A DNA stretch of 33,132 nucleotides from a virus (IMGVR_UViG_3300012987_000016:1-33132), one strand, 5' to 3'. Shown: positions 16,222 through 24,620, counted from the stretch's first letter. Notes: generated from the letters alone by a model not told the origin. Translations and numbers: made by a program.

Positions 16222-16612
16222 CATCTATGTGACGGCGTAGATGTTCAGCAGCGAATCAGAGGTCTTGATTCTCTTCTTTCTAGGGTTAAATCCCAACTAG
16301 CCGTCACTAGGAAAGCAGAGAATCAAGACCTTTTTTGCTTTCTACGCATCGCATAGATCGTGCTCCACACGATAGACAGGGGACTTAGTGCTACCCGCGT
16401 GGAAGGAATGGCATGCGCTTACTGGCAAGACGGCGCAGCGAGCATTTAACGGTGACTCGCACGAACAGGCAAATGGGTTGATGGTACGTTGGCCGCGATA
16501 AGGCGCCTGGAAGAAGAAACGTTAGCTTATGGCAGTAGTAGTGTAAGCGAGTAGTCTTTGACTTACATGGCTAGAGAGCGGGATATCAAACCCTCTTGTC
16601 TTGCCTATTCTC
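16222..16612 (+). ncRNA. Large structured non-coding RNA or leader (~390 nt)
   Basis: No credible ORF; nested long-range pairings (see findings). Confidence 0.7.
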
Positions 16613-16623
16613 TGGAGAAAAGA

Positions 16624-16848
16624 ATGAAAAGTATTGTTGTATTAGCGGCGGCCATTTTACTTGCTGCTTGTGATGAGCGAAAGGCTGAGCAACTTGGTCA
16701 GCATACAGTGCAAGTAACTACTGACGGTTATTCAGCATCTGTAAGGATGATTACTACCACTGATGGAACTCGGTGTGCGATCCTGGTTGGTCTTGAACGA
16801 GGCGGAATAACCTGCGACTGGGAAGGAACTCGAAAGGAAAAGCAATGA
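16624..16848 (+). CDS. Small lipoprotein (74 aa)
   Basis: RBS GGAG; MKSIVVLAAAILLAAC lipobox; GTRCA...GGITCDW. Confidence 0.8.
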   Translation: MKSIVVLAAAILLAACDERKAEQLGQHTVQVTTDGYSASVRMITTTDGTRCAILVGLERGGITCDWEGTRKEKQ

Positions 16849-17048
16849 CTCTCACTGAACTACAGCAAGTAAAGAAAGACATCGACAACAATGTGATCGT
16901 GAGCAAAACTGTTTGGCTGAAAGTGCTGGAAACAGCAATTGAGTTCTATCCAGAGAAACAGAGGCAATCTGCCGAAAATGGGTTCATGCAGGCTCCAACA
17001 TGGAAGCCTTCCCCTACGATGCTTCTTCGTTCGGAGGAAGGAGAATGA
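16845..17048 (+). CDS. Hypothetical protein (67 aa)
   Basis: ATGA-coupled; RBS AAGGA. Confidence 0.6.
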   Translation: MTLTELQQVKKDIDNNVIVSKTVWLKVLETAIEFYPEKQRQSAENGFMQAPTWKPSPTMLLRSEEGE

Positions 17049-17158
17049 TACAGATTCTTCCAATCGATGAAGCCCGTAAGCGCCAGCATCATCAAGAATA
17101 GTTGTACAATCCAATCCCCAACCCTAACGCTGCCATAGTCGCAGCAGAAAGGCATCAA

Positions 17159-17923
17159 ATGAGCAACGCTCTCGTAGTAAAGCAAGTCAACCAGCTCGCA
17201 GAACAATTCGGCATTCCTGAGTCAGATGACCTAACGGTCGTTCTGAAATCCACCGCATTTAAAGGCAATGTCAGTGATGCGCAGATGTCGGCTTTGTTGA
17301 TCGTCGCCCAGCAGTATGGACTTAATCCCTGGACGAAGGAGATTTACGCTTTCCCAGACCAAAACAACGGCATCGTTCCCGTAGTCGGCGTCGATGGTTG
17401 GTCACGAATCATCAACTCCCATCCCCAGTTCGACGGTATGGATTTTGAGCAGGATGACGAATCATGCACCTGCATCATGTACCGCAAAGACCGCTCGCAT
17501 CCTGTTCGTGTGACAGAGTACATGAGCGAGTGCAAGCGCGCCGTGAAGCCGTGGCAGAGCCACCCTAAGCGCATGCTCCGCCATAAGGCCATGATTCAGT
17601 GCGCGCGATTAGCTTTCGGTTATGTCGGTATCTTTGATCTGGACGAAGCCGAACGAATCATCGAAGTGAATCCAGCGCCAGTTCGACAGACACGTCGAAC
17701 TGCTGCGGACATCGCCGAAGCAACCACGGTTGAATTTACGGCCGAACACGCTGATATCCTAGCCCACCTTGAAGAAGTCGCAGATACAGGCTTGGCTAAC
17801 CTGGAAACTGCATGGGGAGCCATCACCGAAGAACAGCGATCTGCGCTTATTCCAAGCATGAAGATGCTGAAACAGCGTGCCGATGCAGCCGACAAAAAAG
17901 GACAAGGTGACGTCAATGCTTGA
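17159..17923 (+). CDS. bet: Red-beta single-strand annealing recombinase
   Basis: LIVAQQYGLNPWTKEIYAFP, GIVPVVGVDGWSRIIN, PWQSHPKRMLRHKAMIQCARLAFG match lambda Bet; start MSNAL preferred. Confidence 0.95.
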   Translation: MSNALVVKQVNQLAEQFGIPESDDLTVVLKSTAFKGNVSDAQMSALLIVAQQYGLNPWTKEIYAFPDQNNGIVPVVGVDGWSRIINSHPQFDGMDFEQDDESCTCIMYRKDRSHPVRVTEYMSECKRAVKPWQSHPKRMLRHKAMIQCARLAFGYVGIFDLDEAERIIEVNPAPVRQTRRTAADIAEATTVEFTAEHADILAHLEEVADTGLANLETAWGAITEEQRSALIPSMKMLKQRADAADKKGQGDVNA

Positions 17924-18554
17924 GCGTGCATCTAACCAAGGCTCTGATGATTGGCTGCGTGCACGCGCAGGTCATGCTACTGCATCTCGCTTCTGCGATA
18001 TCCTTGCTGTATCAAAAAAGGATGGCAAGCCGCTCAAGGCGCGCGATGATTACCTAATGGAATTAGTAGTCGAGCAGATCACAGGAGAGGCTATATTTTC
18101 GGCCAGCAGCTACGCAATGCAATGGGGTACAGACTCAGAACCTTATGCGCGTGCCGCTTACGAACGAACAACCGGCTCTCTGGTGCGCGAAATTGGCTTC
18201 GTAAAACACAAGACGCACGCATGGGTCGGCGCATCCTCTGATGGCCTGGTGGGTGCTTCTGGCGGCATCGAAATTAAGTGCCCATTTAACAGTGCAGTTC
18301 ATCTTGCAACATGGGAAAGCGGCATGCCTGAGCATCATCAGGCCCAAGTCTACGGACAGATGTGGATTCTTGATCTGGAATGGATCGACTTCTGCTCTTA
18401 TGATCCGCGCATGCTTGGAGATGGGCAGCATCTACAACTCTATCGCCAACGGATCGAACGTGATCAGAAGTACATTGATGAACTTGAAGACAAAGTTCTC
18501 AACTTCCTAGCAGAAGTCGAAGCAAAGGTTCGATTGTTCATGTCTAAGAAGTAA
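17916..18554 (+). CDS. exo: YqaJ / lambda-exonuclease family
   Basis: QGSDDWLRARAG-ATAS, MQWGTDSEP-AR, GASSDGLV, IEIKCP, DFCSYDPR. Confidence 0.93.
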   Translation: MLERASNQGSDDWLRARAGHATASRFCDILAVSKKDGKPLKARDDYLMELVVEQITGEAIFSASSYAMQWGTDSEPYARAAYERTTGSLVREIGFVKHKTHAWVGASSDGLVGASGGIEIKCPFNSAVHLATWESGMPEHHQAQVYGQMWILDLEWIDFCSYDPRMLGDGQHLQLYRQRIERDQKYIDELEDKVLNFLAEVEAKVRLFMSKK

Positions 18555-18558
18555 CCAC

Positions 18559-18586
18559 AAAAGCCGGTAGAAATATCGGCTTTTTT
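18559..18586 (+). terminator. Intrinsic (likely bidirectional) terminator
   Basis: AAAAGCCGGT-AGAAAT-ATCGGCTTTTTT. Confidence 0.85.
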
Positions 18587-18588
18587 AC

Positions 18589-18617
18589 TTGCAATCTTTG
18601 CGCGCATGATTTACCAT
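18589..18617 (+). promoter_or_regulatory. Sigma70-like promoter TTGCAA-17-TACCAT
   Basis: Immediately after the terminator; 17-nt spacer. Confidence 0.65.
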
Positions 18618-18646
18618 GTTTTTACTTACTCAACAGGGAGAACGAA

Positions 18647-18811
18647 ATGGCTGGTAAGCCAACAAAAGCAAACGAGAAAGGTGAAAAATACCTTCGCAAC
18701 AATCCTTTCGCAACGATGGAAGAGATTGCAAAGCATTGCGGTTTGAGTGTATCTGCTGTGCAAAAAGCTATTTGGTGGAAAACGCGTTTCGCTAAGGAGG
18801 CAAAGAAATGA
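18647..18811 (+). CDS. Small HTH protein (54 aa); absent from the ORF track
   Basis: RBS GGGAG; MAGKPTKANEKGEKYLRNNPFATMEEIAKHCGLSVSAVQKAIWWKTRFAKEAKK; ATGA-coupled to the next gene. Confidence 0.8.
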   Translation: MAGKPTKANEKGEKYLRNNPFATMEEIAKHCGLSVSAVQKAIWWKTRFAKEAKK

Positions 18812-19341
18812 GCTTCGACAAATACAGCGACAAGGCAGCCGAAGCAATCGCACTGATCCGCGAGTTTGCGAAAGTGGAATACTGGGACTACTTCAAAGGC
18901 GATCCTGAGCAAGCTTTGGAGGCTTTCTGCGCAATGCAGGATGCTGCAGAAGAAATGGGCCGAGTGAAAGCTGGTGAAATCGCGCAGAGCCAGCAAGCAG
19001 CCGGAGAACTGCCAGTGGTGAAGACTTGGCAGGAGCGCTTGCCACTCTGCCCATCAAAGGATGAAATGGTTGCATGCGTCCTTGCTGAGGTTGTTGACCT
19101 TCGCGCCGCTCTCCGCGCATACGGACAGCGAGCAGCAGTGCCAATCATGGACGGCAAGCACAAGCAATTCGAGGCGTGGGCAAAATCCAACGGCTATTGC
19201 GTGGACATGAAGGGGAATCAAAAAGCATACCCTTCTGCAAATACCCAGAGCGCTTGGGAAATCTGGCAAGCCGCCATCGACACCCAATACAGCGTGCCAG
19301 GGATCTCGAAAAACATCGCTGAAGGTGGCAAAGATGCTTGA
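18808..19341 (+). CDS. Mosaic early hypothetical protein
   Basis: RBS AAGGAGG; FEAWA...AWEIWQAA module. Confidence 0.7.
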   Translation: MSFDKYSDKAAEAIALIREFAKVEYWDYFKGDPEQALEAFCAMQDAAEEMGRVKAGEIAQSQQAAGELPVVKTWQERLPLCPSKDEMVACVLAEVVDLRAALRAYGQRAAVPIMDGKHKQFEAWAKSNGYCVDMKGNQKAYPSANTQSAWEIWQAAIDTQYSVPGISKNIAEGGKDA

Positions 19342-20137
19342 TCCAAAACTGAACGTGAAATTGCACGAAGAAATTTATGGCTCAATCACAAAAATTATCT
19401 TTGACCGCTATCCACGAATCAAAGGTGCACATTGCGCGTCTATCGCATACGGGATCATCGATTTCATATCGGATCGTGAAGCTGCCACCCCATCCCAGCC
19501 CCAGGACGGACAGCGAGCAGCAGTGACGCAAGAGCAGGTAGCAGAGATGCGCGCCAAAGTGCTAGAAGATCGCACCTTGCCGTCGATGACGTTCAACGAA
19601 CTGATACACAGTCAGGCGTTTAAATACACACTGGAATCGCTTGCTGATGGCGGCAACAACCCGAAGCATCGCCGTTCGCTGGTGCGCGAGGTGCGCGAGG
19701 CTATCAAGGCGTGCGCCGAGGCCCAGCGACAGGCTAGCGTGGCGGAATTGTACGGCACTGAAAAATGGATTGGCCTCGATACGGCGATGCCGGAGCCTTA
19801 CGAGGAAGTGCGGATTTTGGTGGATGGCGTAACCCGCATTGGTCGTCTGAATCACCGACGCGAATATTTCCAGCTCTGCACTTTCGCCGACAGTTGCAAG
19901 GGGCAGTACATCGCATCGTTTGACCGTGTAGCAGGCTGGCAGCCTCTTCCTACCGCCCCATCCCAGCCCCAGCAAGAAGCAGTACCGGCAGAGCCGAGCG
20001 AGCAGGAGAAGCTGCTGAAATTACTGGTCAGCCAGCACGCGAGTTCTATCCGGCGCATGTTCTGCGATGGAGTGCCTGTTGGCGCTCAATTGGTGGCCGC
20101 TATCATCCCTCAAATGGAAGGCAACAGCCATGAATAA
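19334..20137 (+). CDS. Mosaic early protein with DUF551-like module
   Basis: WIGLDTAMPE...VAGWQPLPTAP. Confidence 0.65.
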   Translation: MLDPKLNVKLHEEIYGSITKIIFDRYPRIKGAHCASIAYGIIDFISDREAATPSQPQDGQRAAVTQEQVAEMRAKVLEDRTLPSMTFNELIHSQAFKYTLESLADGGNNPKHRRSLVREVREAIKACAEAQRQASVAELYGTEKWIGLDTAMPEPYEEVRILVDGVTRIGRLNHRREYFQLCTFADSCKGQYIASFDRVAGWQPLPTAPSQPQQEAVPAEPSEQEKLLKLLVSQHASSIRRMFCDGVPVGAQLVAAIIPQMEGNSHE

Positions 20138-20336
20138 AGCTCTGGAATTTATCGACAATGTCGCTCCATACCATGACCAAACCGGCTGTGATGATGCAAA
20201 CCCAGGCTCCGAGGCGCGTTTCGCGCCGGATGACTTTGGCGGCTGCTATCGCTGCACGATCATGAGAGCCGTTGAACTGGCCGTCGAAGTAGAACGCACC
20301 GCTATTGCCATGAGTGCAGCGAAGGAGCCGTCGTGA
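20130..20336 (+). CDS. Small Cys/His protein (68 aa, MNKALEF...)
   Basis: APYHDQTGCDD...CYRC; overlaps the previous stop. Confidence 0.6.
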   Translation: MNKALEFIDNVAPYHDQTGCDDANPGSEARFAPDDFGGCYRCTIMRAVELAVEVERTAIAMSAAKEPS

Positions 20337-20710
20337 AGCCAACTATTATCCGGATCTATGGCGAGCAACATGCAGATTTTGCAGCCAGTCAGGCTGGGAA
20401 ACCATACCAGCCATGTAACGGAACTGAGGGCCTTGTTTTCACCGACGCATGGTGCGGCTCATGCGCGCGAGACAAAGCCATGAGCGAGGGCAAACCAATC
20501 GAAGAATGTGACGACGATGAGAAGTGCGACATCATCGCTCTCAGCATGGCCTACAACATTGGCGATCCTCAATACCCGAAAGCATGGGTATTCGCGCACG
20601 ACGGCCAGCCTTGCTGCACAGAGTTTGTGGAAGTCGGCCAGCCTATCCCGCCATCGCCCGATACCATGACTGGCGACCTTTTTGAATTCGCAACTGGAGT
20701 AAAGCCATGA
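20333..20710 (+). CDS. Cys-rich hypothetical protein
   Basis: YQPCNGTEG--F---WC--C motif; GTG start with AAGGAG RBS. Confidence 0.7.
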   Translation: MKPTIIRIYGEQHADFAASQAGKPYQPCNGTEGLVFTDAWCGSCARDKAMSEGKPIEECDDDEKCDIIALSMAYNIGDPQYPKAWVFAHDGQPCCTEFVEVGQPIPPSPDTMTGDLFEFATGVKP

Positions 20711-20961
20711 GCCGCGAACTGACCGACAAGTACAAGCGCATCCCGGTTTCAGATGCCATCGAGCCGCCGAGTGGCTTTTGCGAGGTCTACAAGAACTATT
20801 GGTGGTGCGTCACACCAAGCGATGAAATCCTCATGTACAAGGGCACTTCGCCGCAATGCAACATTAATCGCCAGATCGTTGACCACTTGATGCCGGAAGG
20901 CTGCACGGCGCGGCAACTGCCTGTGGTCTTCATCAAGCGCAGCCCACACGATTACGCATAA
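20707..20961 (+). CDS. Hypothetical protein (84 aa)
   Basis: ATGA-coupled; SPQCN motif. Confidence 0.65.
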   Translation: MSRELTDKYKRIPVSDAIEPPSGFCEVYKNYWWCVTPSDEILMYKGTSPQCNINRQIVDHLMPEGCTARQLPVVFIKRSPHDYA

Positions 20962-21002
20962 CCACCCCGCCTCCCACACAGAGGCGGATAAAGGAAGGAC
21001 AC

Positions 21003-21248
21003 ATGAGCAACGATGAAACTATTTGGCTCGTAGAAATAAGAGTGAAAGATTGGGTCTTCATCCCTAAACACAAGCCGCGGGTATTTGACTATGAAGAGGT
21101 GGCGGCTGGTGACGAAATCAGTGCGCGGCTGGCAGGATTCGAGCAGTTCAAACGTCGCATTCAATACGAGCCGGCGATGAAGATGAAGTTTCAGAAAGCG
21201 GCATTGGAAATACAAGACTTTTGCGCGCCCGACGCTGTTCAAATCTAA
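21003..21248 (+). CDS. Hypothetical protein (81 aa)
   Basis: RBS AAGGA. Confidence 0.6.
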   Translation: MSNDETIWLVEIRVKDWVFIPKHKPRVFDYEEVAAGDEISARLAGFEQFKRRIQYEPAMKMKFQKAALEIQDFCAPDAVQI

Positions 21249-21273
21249 CCGCCCACACCCACCAGGAATAATC

Positions 21274-22152
21274 ATGAATGCACAAGAATTGCAGAAACTG
21301 AAGGATGCGCTGGAGATTGGCCGCGACGCCGCGCACGAGGTCGCCCAGCGCTTCCATGAAGAAATGAAGGGCTACCGCGAAGCCGAGCACAAGCAGGTGG
21401 ACAAGGACGTTGCCGACATCAACGAAGCAATCGCGATGATCGAACGCACCTCTTCCGCAGGCTCTGCTGCACAAGATAGCGTCGAGGCTAGCTGGAACAT
21501 TTACGACCCAAGCGGCAGGGTCAACGACTTGCGCAAGGCGTCTAGTTGGTTGCTTGACGTTGCAAGCTCCGAGGTATCTGTTGGCGATGAATCCGAGCTT
21601 GCCAAGGCCACCGCTGCTGTAGACGACGCTCTAGCCGCTTGCATCGGCAATATTGCCGCAGGCTCTGCTGTGGTGATGAACGAAGATCAAGAGCGCCCAG
21701 CGTTTGAAGCGTGGGCACGCATCGCTTGCAACATGCCTTCGTATGCGAGCGTGAACTGGGAAGCTCTCTGGACTAAGCAAGCATGGGAAGGGTGGCAGGC
21801 ACGTGCTGTCCTTTCCGCTGCCGCAGCACAGACAGCAGCCGTACAGGCGGAGAACCAAGCATCGCAGGATGTGTTGGCCGAGCGCAAGCGCCAGATGGAA
21901 GCGGAAGGTTGGACGCCAGCGCATGACGACCAGTACCAGAACGATGAACTGTCTTTGGCTGCGGCTTGCTACACAATCGCGTCCGACACTGCGCCTCAGG
22001 CATCAATTCCCCAGATGTGGCCGTGGCCTGACTACTGGTGGAAACCTACCACCGAGCGCCGCAACCTTGTGAAAGCTGGCGCCCTTATCCTCGCTGAAAT
22101 CGAACGCTTGGACCGCGCTGCCATGTCCTCTGAAGGGGGAGCGAATGGCTGA
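21274..22152 (+). CDS. Ea22/Ead-like mosaic early protein
   Basis: DVLAERKRQ-EAEGWTPAHDD...WPW---WWKP---RRNLVKAGALILAEIERLDR C-terminal module. Confidence 0.75.
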   Translation: MNAQELQKLKDALEIGRDAAHEVAQRFHEEMKGYREAEHKQVDKDVADINEAIAMIERTSSAGSAAQDSVEASWNIYDPSGRVNDLRKASSWLLDVASSEVSVGDESELAKATAAVDDALAACIGNIAAGSAVVMNEDQERPAFEAWARIACNMPSYASVNWEALWTKQAWEGWQARAVLSAAAAQTAAVQAENQASQDVLAERKRQMEAEGWTPAHDDQYQNDELSLAAACYTIASDTAPQASIPQMWPWPDYWWKPTTERRNLVKAGALILAEIERLDRAAMSSEGGANG

Positions 22153-22438
22153 GCGATATCAAGATCGTCCGGCGCGCTCGGTGGTCTGTGCGGCGAACAA
22201 ATACGGTGACCTGGTGTTCGTCGGCGTGCGCCACTTCTGCCCGGTCATGCAGTTCAACATGCGCGGCCACGATATCCCGGCGCTGCGCAAAGAGCGCGGC
22301 GAGGTGCAAGGCTTCATCGACCAGTTCGGCGTCTTCATGGACCGGCAAGAGGCGGCGATTGTCGCCAAGGAATCAGGCCAGCTCGCGCGGTACGGTGACA
22401 CGTTCCCGACCGTTCTGTTTAGCGAAGACCTGTACTAG
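22145..22438 (+). CDS. Conserved phage hypothetical protein
   Basis: VVCAAN, GVRHF, QGFIDQFGVFMDRQEA, LFSEDLY. Confidence 0.8.
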   Translation: MAERYQDRPARSVVCAANKYGDLVFVGVRHFCPVMQFNMRGHDIPALRKERGEVQGFIDQFGVFMDRQEAAIVAKESGQLARYGDTFPTVLFSEDLY

Positions 22439-22466
22439 GCCGCCCCCACCCCACTCGGAGAGAGAG

Positions 22467-22646
22467 ATGACTGACCCGAAGAAACCCTCAAAGAAAGACA
22501 AGATCATTCTTCGTCTTACCGGCCCAGATGGGAAATATCATTTCATCTGGGGCGATGATTATGCTGGGTTTTGCCTGCAAGATGCTTTGAGCAAACTCGC
22601 TGCTCTTGAAGCAGAAGTGGCTGCAGCTAAAGGCAATGTTCAATAA
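22467..22646 (+). CDS. Hypothetical protein (59 aa, MTDPKKP...)
   Basis: RBS GGAG. Confidence 0.55.
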   Translation: MTDPKKPSKKDKIILRLTGPDGKYHFIWGDDYAGFCLQDALSKLAALEAEVAAAKGNVQ

Positions 22647-22663
22647 ATAAAGGAGCCGACTGA

Positions 22664-23542
22664 ATGAACGATACGACTAAACCCGCTGACGCGCTGGAGC
22701 CTTGCCCGTTTTGTGGTAGCGAAGCAGCTATGCAAACTCAATACGGCGTAGATTTCTGGGCACAGTGCATGAATCCAGAATGCGGCTGCACAAATGGAAA
22801 AGTCTATCAAGGCAGCTCACAATATGCTGCTCGTGCATGGAACCGCCGTGCACCGAAGGCAAGCGCAGTACCGGAATACGAGGCCACGTTCCGCGAAGGT
22901 GTCACCGCATTGGTGATGCGCCACATCGACCGCATGAACGACATCTGCGATGAAGATCCAGCCGAGCGCATCATCGTGAGCTTCATTAAAGGCTTTGACC
23001 CGCTGCGTGACGCTTACTGGGCCGAGAAATTCCCTGGCCGCGATATCGCCGCTGCACCACAAGCAGAGGAAGCGCCAGCCGTACCGACCGTTGAAGAATT
23101 CCTAGCGCGCCTGTTGCCACCGCCTGGCTATGAAGGCCACAAGGTCATAGAGCGGGAAGGAAAGCTGATGTTCTGTAAGCCGGAAGATATTCGGCCAGAT
23201 GACGGCCTGTGCTTCTACGACGGCGACATGCGAACCGTTGCCATTCCGGAGTGCGTACAGCCAAGCGTCGCAAATGACCCTGAATTCATCCAGCTTGTGG
23301 ATAATATCGGCTACGCCTACAGGGATGCTGGCGATACTGACGAAGAGGGGAAAACAGCGGCGCTGGTCGCATTCTTCGACGCCAAGCTGACCCAGGCCCG
23401 TCTTGAAGCAGTTCGATCCGCCGACAACTTCAGGCAATTGGTATCCGACAGCGATAGTGCAGAAATCAAGGAATGGAAGACTCGCTGTTTCGCCGCTGAA
23501 GAGAAGCTGGCCAGCATACAGGCGATGCTAGACAAAGAGTAA
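22664..23542 (+). CDS. Lar-family (restriction alleviation) zinc-finger N-terminus fused to mosaic modules
   Basis: LEPCPFCG...C---C...AARAWNRRA. Confidence 0.75.
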   Translation: MNDTTKPADALEPCPFCGSEAAMQTQYGVDFWAQCMNPECGCTNGKVYQGSSQYAARAWNRRAPKASAVPEYEATFREGVTALVMRHIDRMNDICDEDPAERIIVSFIKGFDPLRDAYWAEKFPGRDIAAAPQAEEAPAVPTVEEFLARLLPPPGYEGHKVIEREGKLMFCKPEDIRPDDGLCFYDGDMRTVAIPECVQPSVANDPEFIQLVDNIGYAYRDAGDTDEEGKTAALVAFFDAKLTQARLEAVRSADNFRQLVSDSDSAEIKEWKTRCFAAEEKLASIQAMLDKE

Positions 23543-23603
23543 GGAATTGTGTTTTAGTAATACCGTCCTGGCGGTTCCAGGTTAAAACTAGGGAGCTTTA
23601 CAA

Positions 23604-24059
23604 ATGAAGAAGGCAATTTTTGCAGTATTTGCAGCACTGACTATGATGGCGACTTTTGGCGTTTCTCAAGCCGCTACTCTGTCTCAGAATTTCACCGATA
23701 TCAACGGTACTAACTTCTCTGTTGAGAATGCCGTACGCGTGAAGAAGGTTACCAACGGCATCACTGTGACCAAAGCGACTGTCGATAACACCGGCACAAC
23801 CGTGTTCACTTCGCGTGCTTACGTGGACAACTCTTCCGGTCTGATCTGGGGCAAGTTCGTTTCCATGGCTAGTTCTACTGGCCTGTTTCTGCAGATTGGC
23901 TCGACTACTGAATACGTTGGCGCAGAAGCTCCAGTCGAAACACGTTGCTTTAGCCCATCCACCCAGCTTTTCTATCAAATTGGTTCTGTCCAATATGTAG
24001 ATAGCATCAATGACGGCTGCGTGATCTGGCAGGGTATCAAGGCAATTTCCAATCCTTGA
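23604..24059 (+). CDS. Secreted/periplasmic beta-rich protein
   Basis: Signal peptide MKKAIFAVFAALTMMATFGVSQA; two Cys; RBS GGGAG. Confidence 0.75.
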   Translation: MKKAIFAVFAALTMMATFGVSQAATLSQNFTDINGTNFSVENAVRVKKVTNGITVTKATVDNTGTTVFTSRAYVDNSSGLIWGKFVSMASSTGLFLQIGSTTEYVGAEAPVETRCFSPSTQLFYQIGSVQYVDSINDGCVIWQGIKAISNP

Positions 24060-24076
24060 TCGTCATCGCATAAGAG

Positions 24077-24103
24077 AAAGCCCGCTTTCTGCGGGCTTTT
24101 TTT
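24077..24103. terminator. Terminator between the convergent early and late operons
   Basis: AAAGCCCGC-TTTCT-GCGGGCTTTTTTT. Confidence 0.88.
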
Positions 24104-24620
24104 ATTTCTTCTGAGCTTCGGCGATGATCGCTGTTTTTCGATCACTACCACTGGAACTACCGAAATAATAGGCGACTACTTGCTCACATTTCGCAGAGAT
24201 GTAACCAATGAGTGTACCTGCCATGACGGAATCTACCTTTCCCCAGCCACCCAGCACGGCCACAGTCACCGAGATAAAGGCCACCACGATCAGATAGGCC
24301 AGTACACGCGGCGTCCAGTCCTGAACCGAAGCCTCACGCTTGCGTGCGCTGTCGCGGTCCTGCATCGCTAGTTCGGCCAGTTTCTGCTCATTGGCAAAGC
24401 CAAGTTCCTGCATCCTAAGTGCAAATGTCTGGTCAGCAGTCTTCAGCGCTAGCATCTGCTCTGGCGTGGCGCCAGAAAGGGCCGCCTTGATGGTCGCCTC
24501 GGTCTTTTCGGACAGGCCAAATGCATCACCAATTGCCGATACAGCCATCCCGCCTAAAGGACCTCCTAAAGCTGTACCGAGCCATGGAGCTACTGTGCTA
24601 ACAAGAGATTTCCAGTCCAT
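24102..24620 (-). CDS. Holin-like protein (3TM / GTA-holin type)
   Basis: MDWKSLVSTVAPWLGTALGGPLGG, DRDSARKRE, YYFGSSSGS; follows the endolysin. Confidence 0.8.
   Translation of the reverse strand: MDWKSLVSTVAPWLGTALGGPLGGMAVSAIGDAFGLSEKTEATIKAALSGATPEQMLALKTADQTFALRMQELGFANEQKLAELAMQDRDSARKREASVQDWTPRVLAYLIVVAFISVTVAVLGGWGKVDSVMAGTLIGYISAKCEQVVAYYFGSSSGSDRKTAIIAEAQKK

Noticed and set aside
16135-16623. 73-aa ORF 16135..16356 and the TTG extension of the lipoprotein from 16558
   Set aside because: No RBS, they run through the promoter and strong stems, and the lipoprotein signal needs the ATG at 16624.
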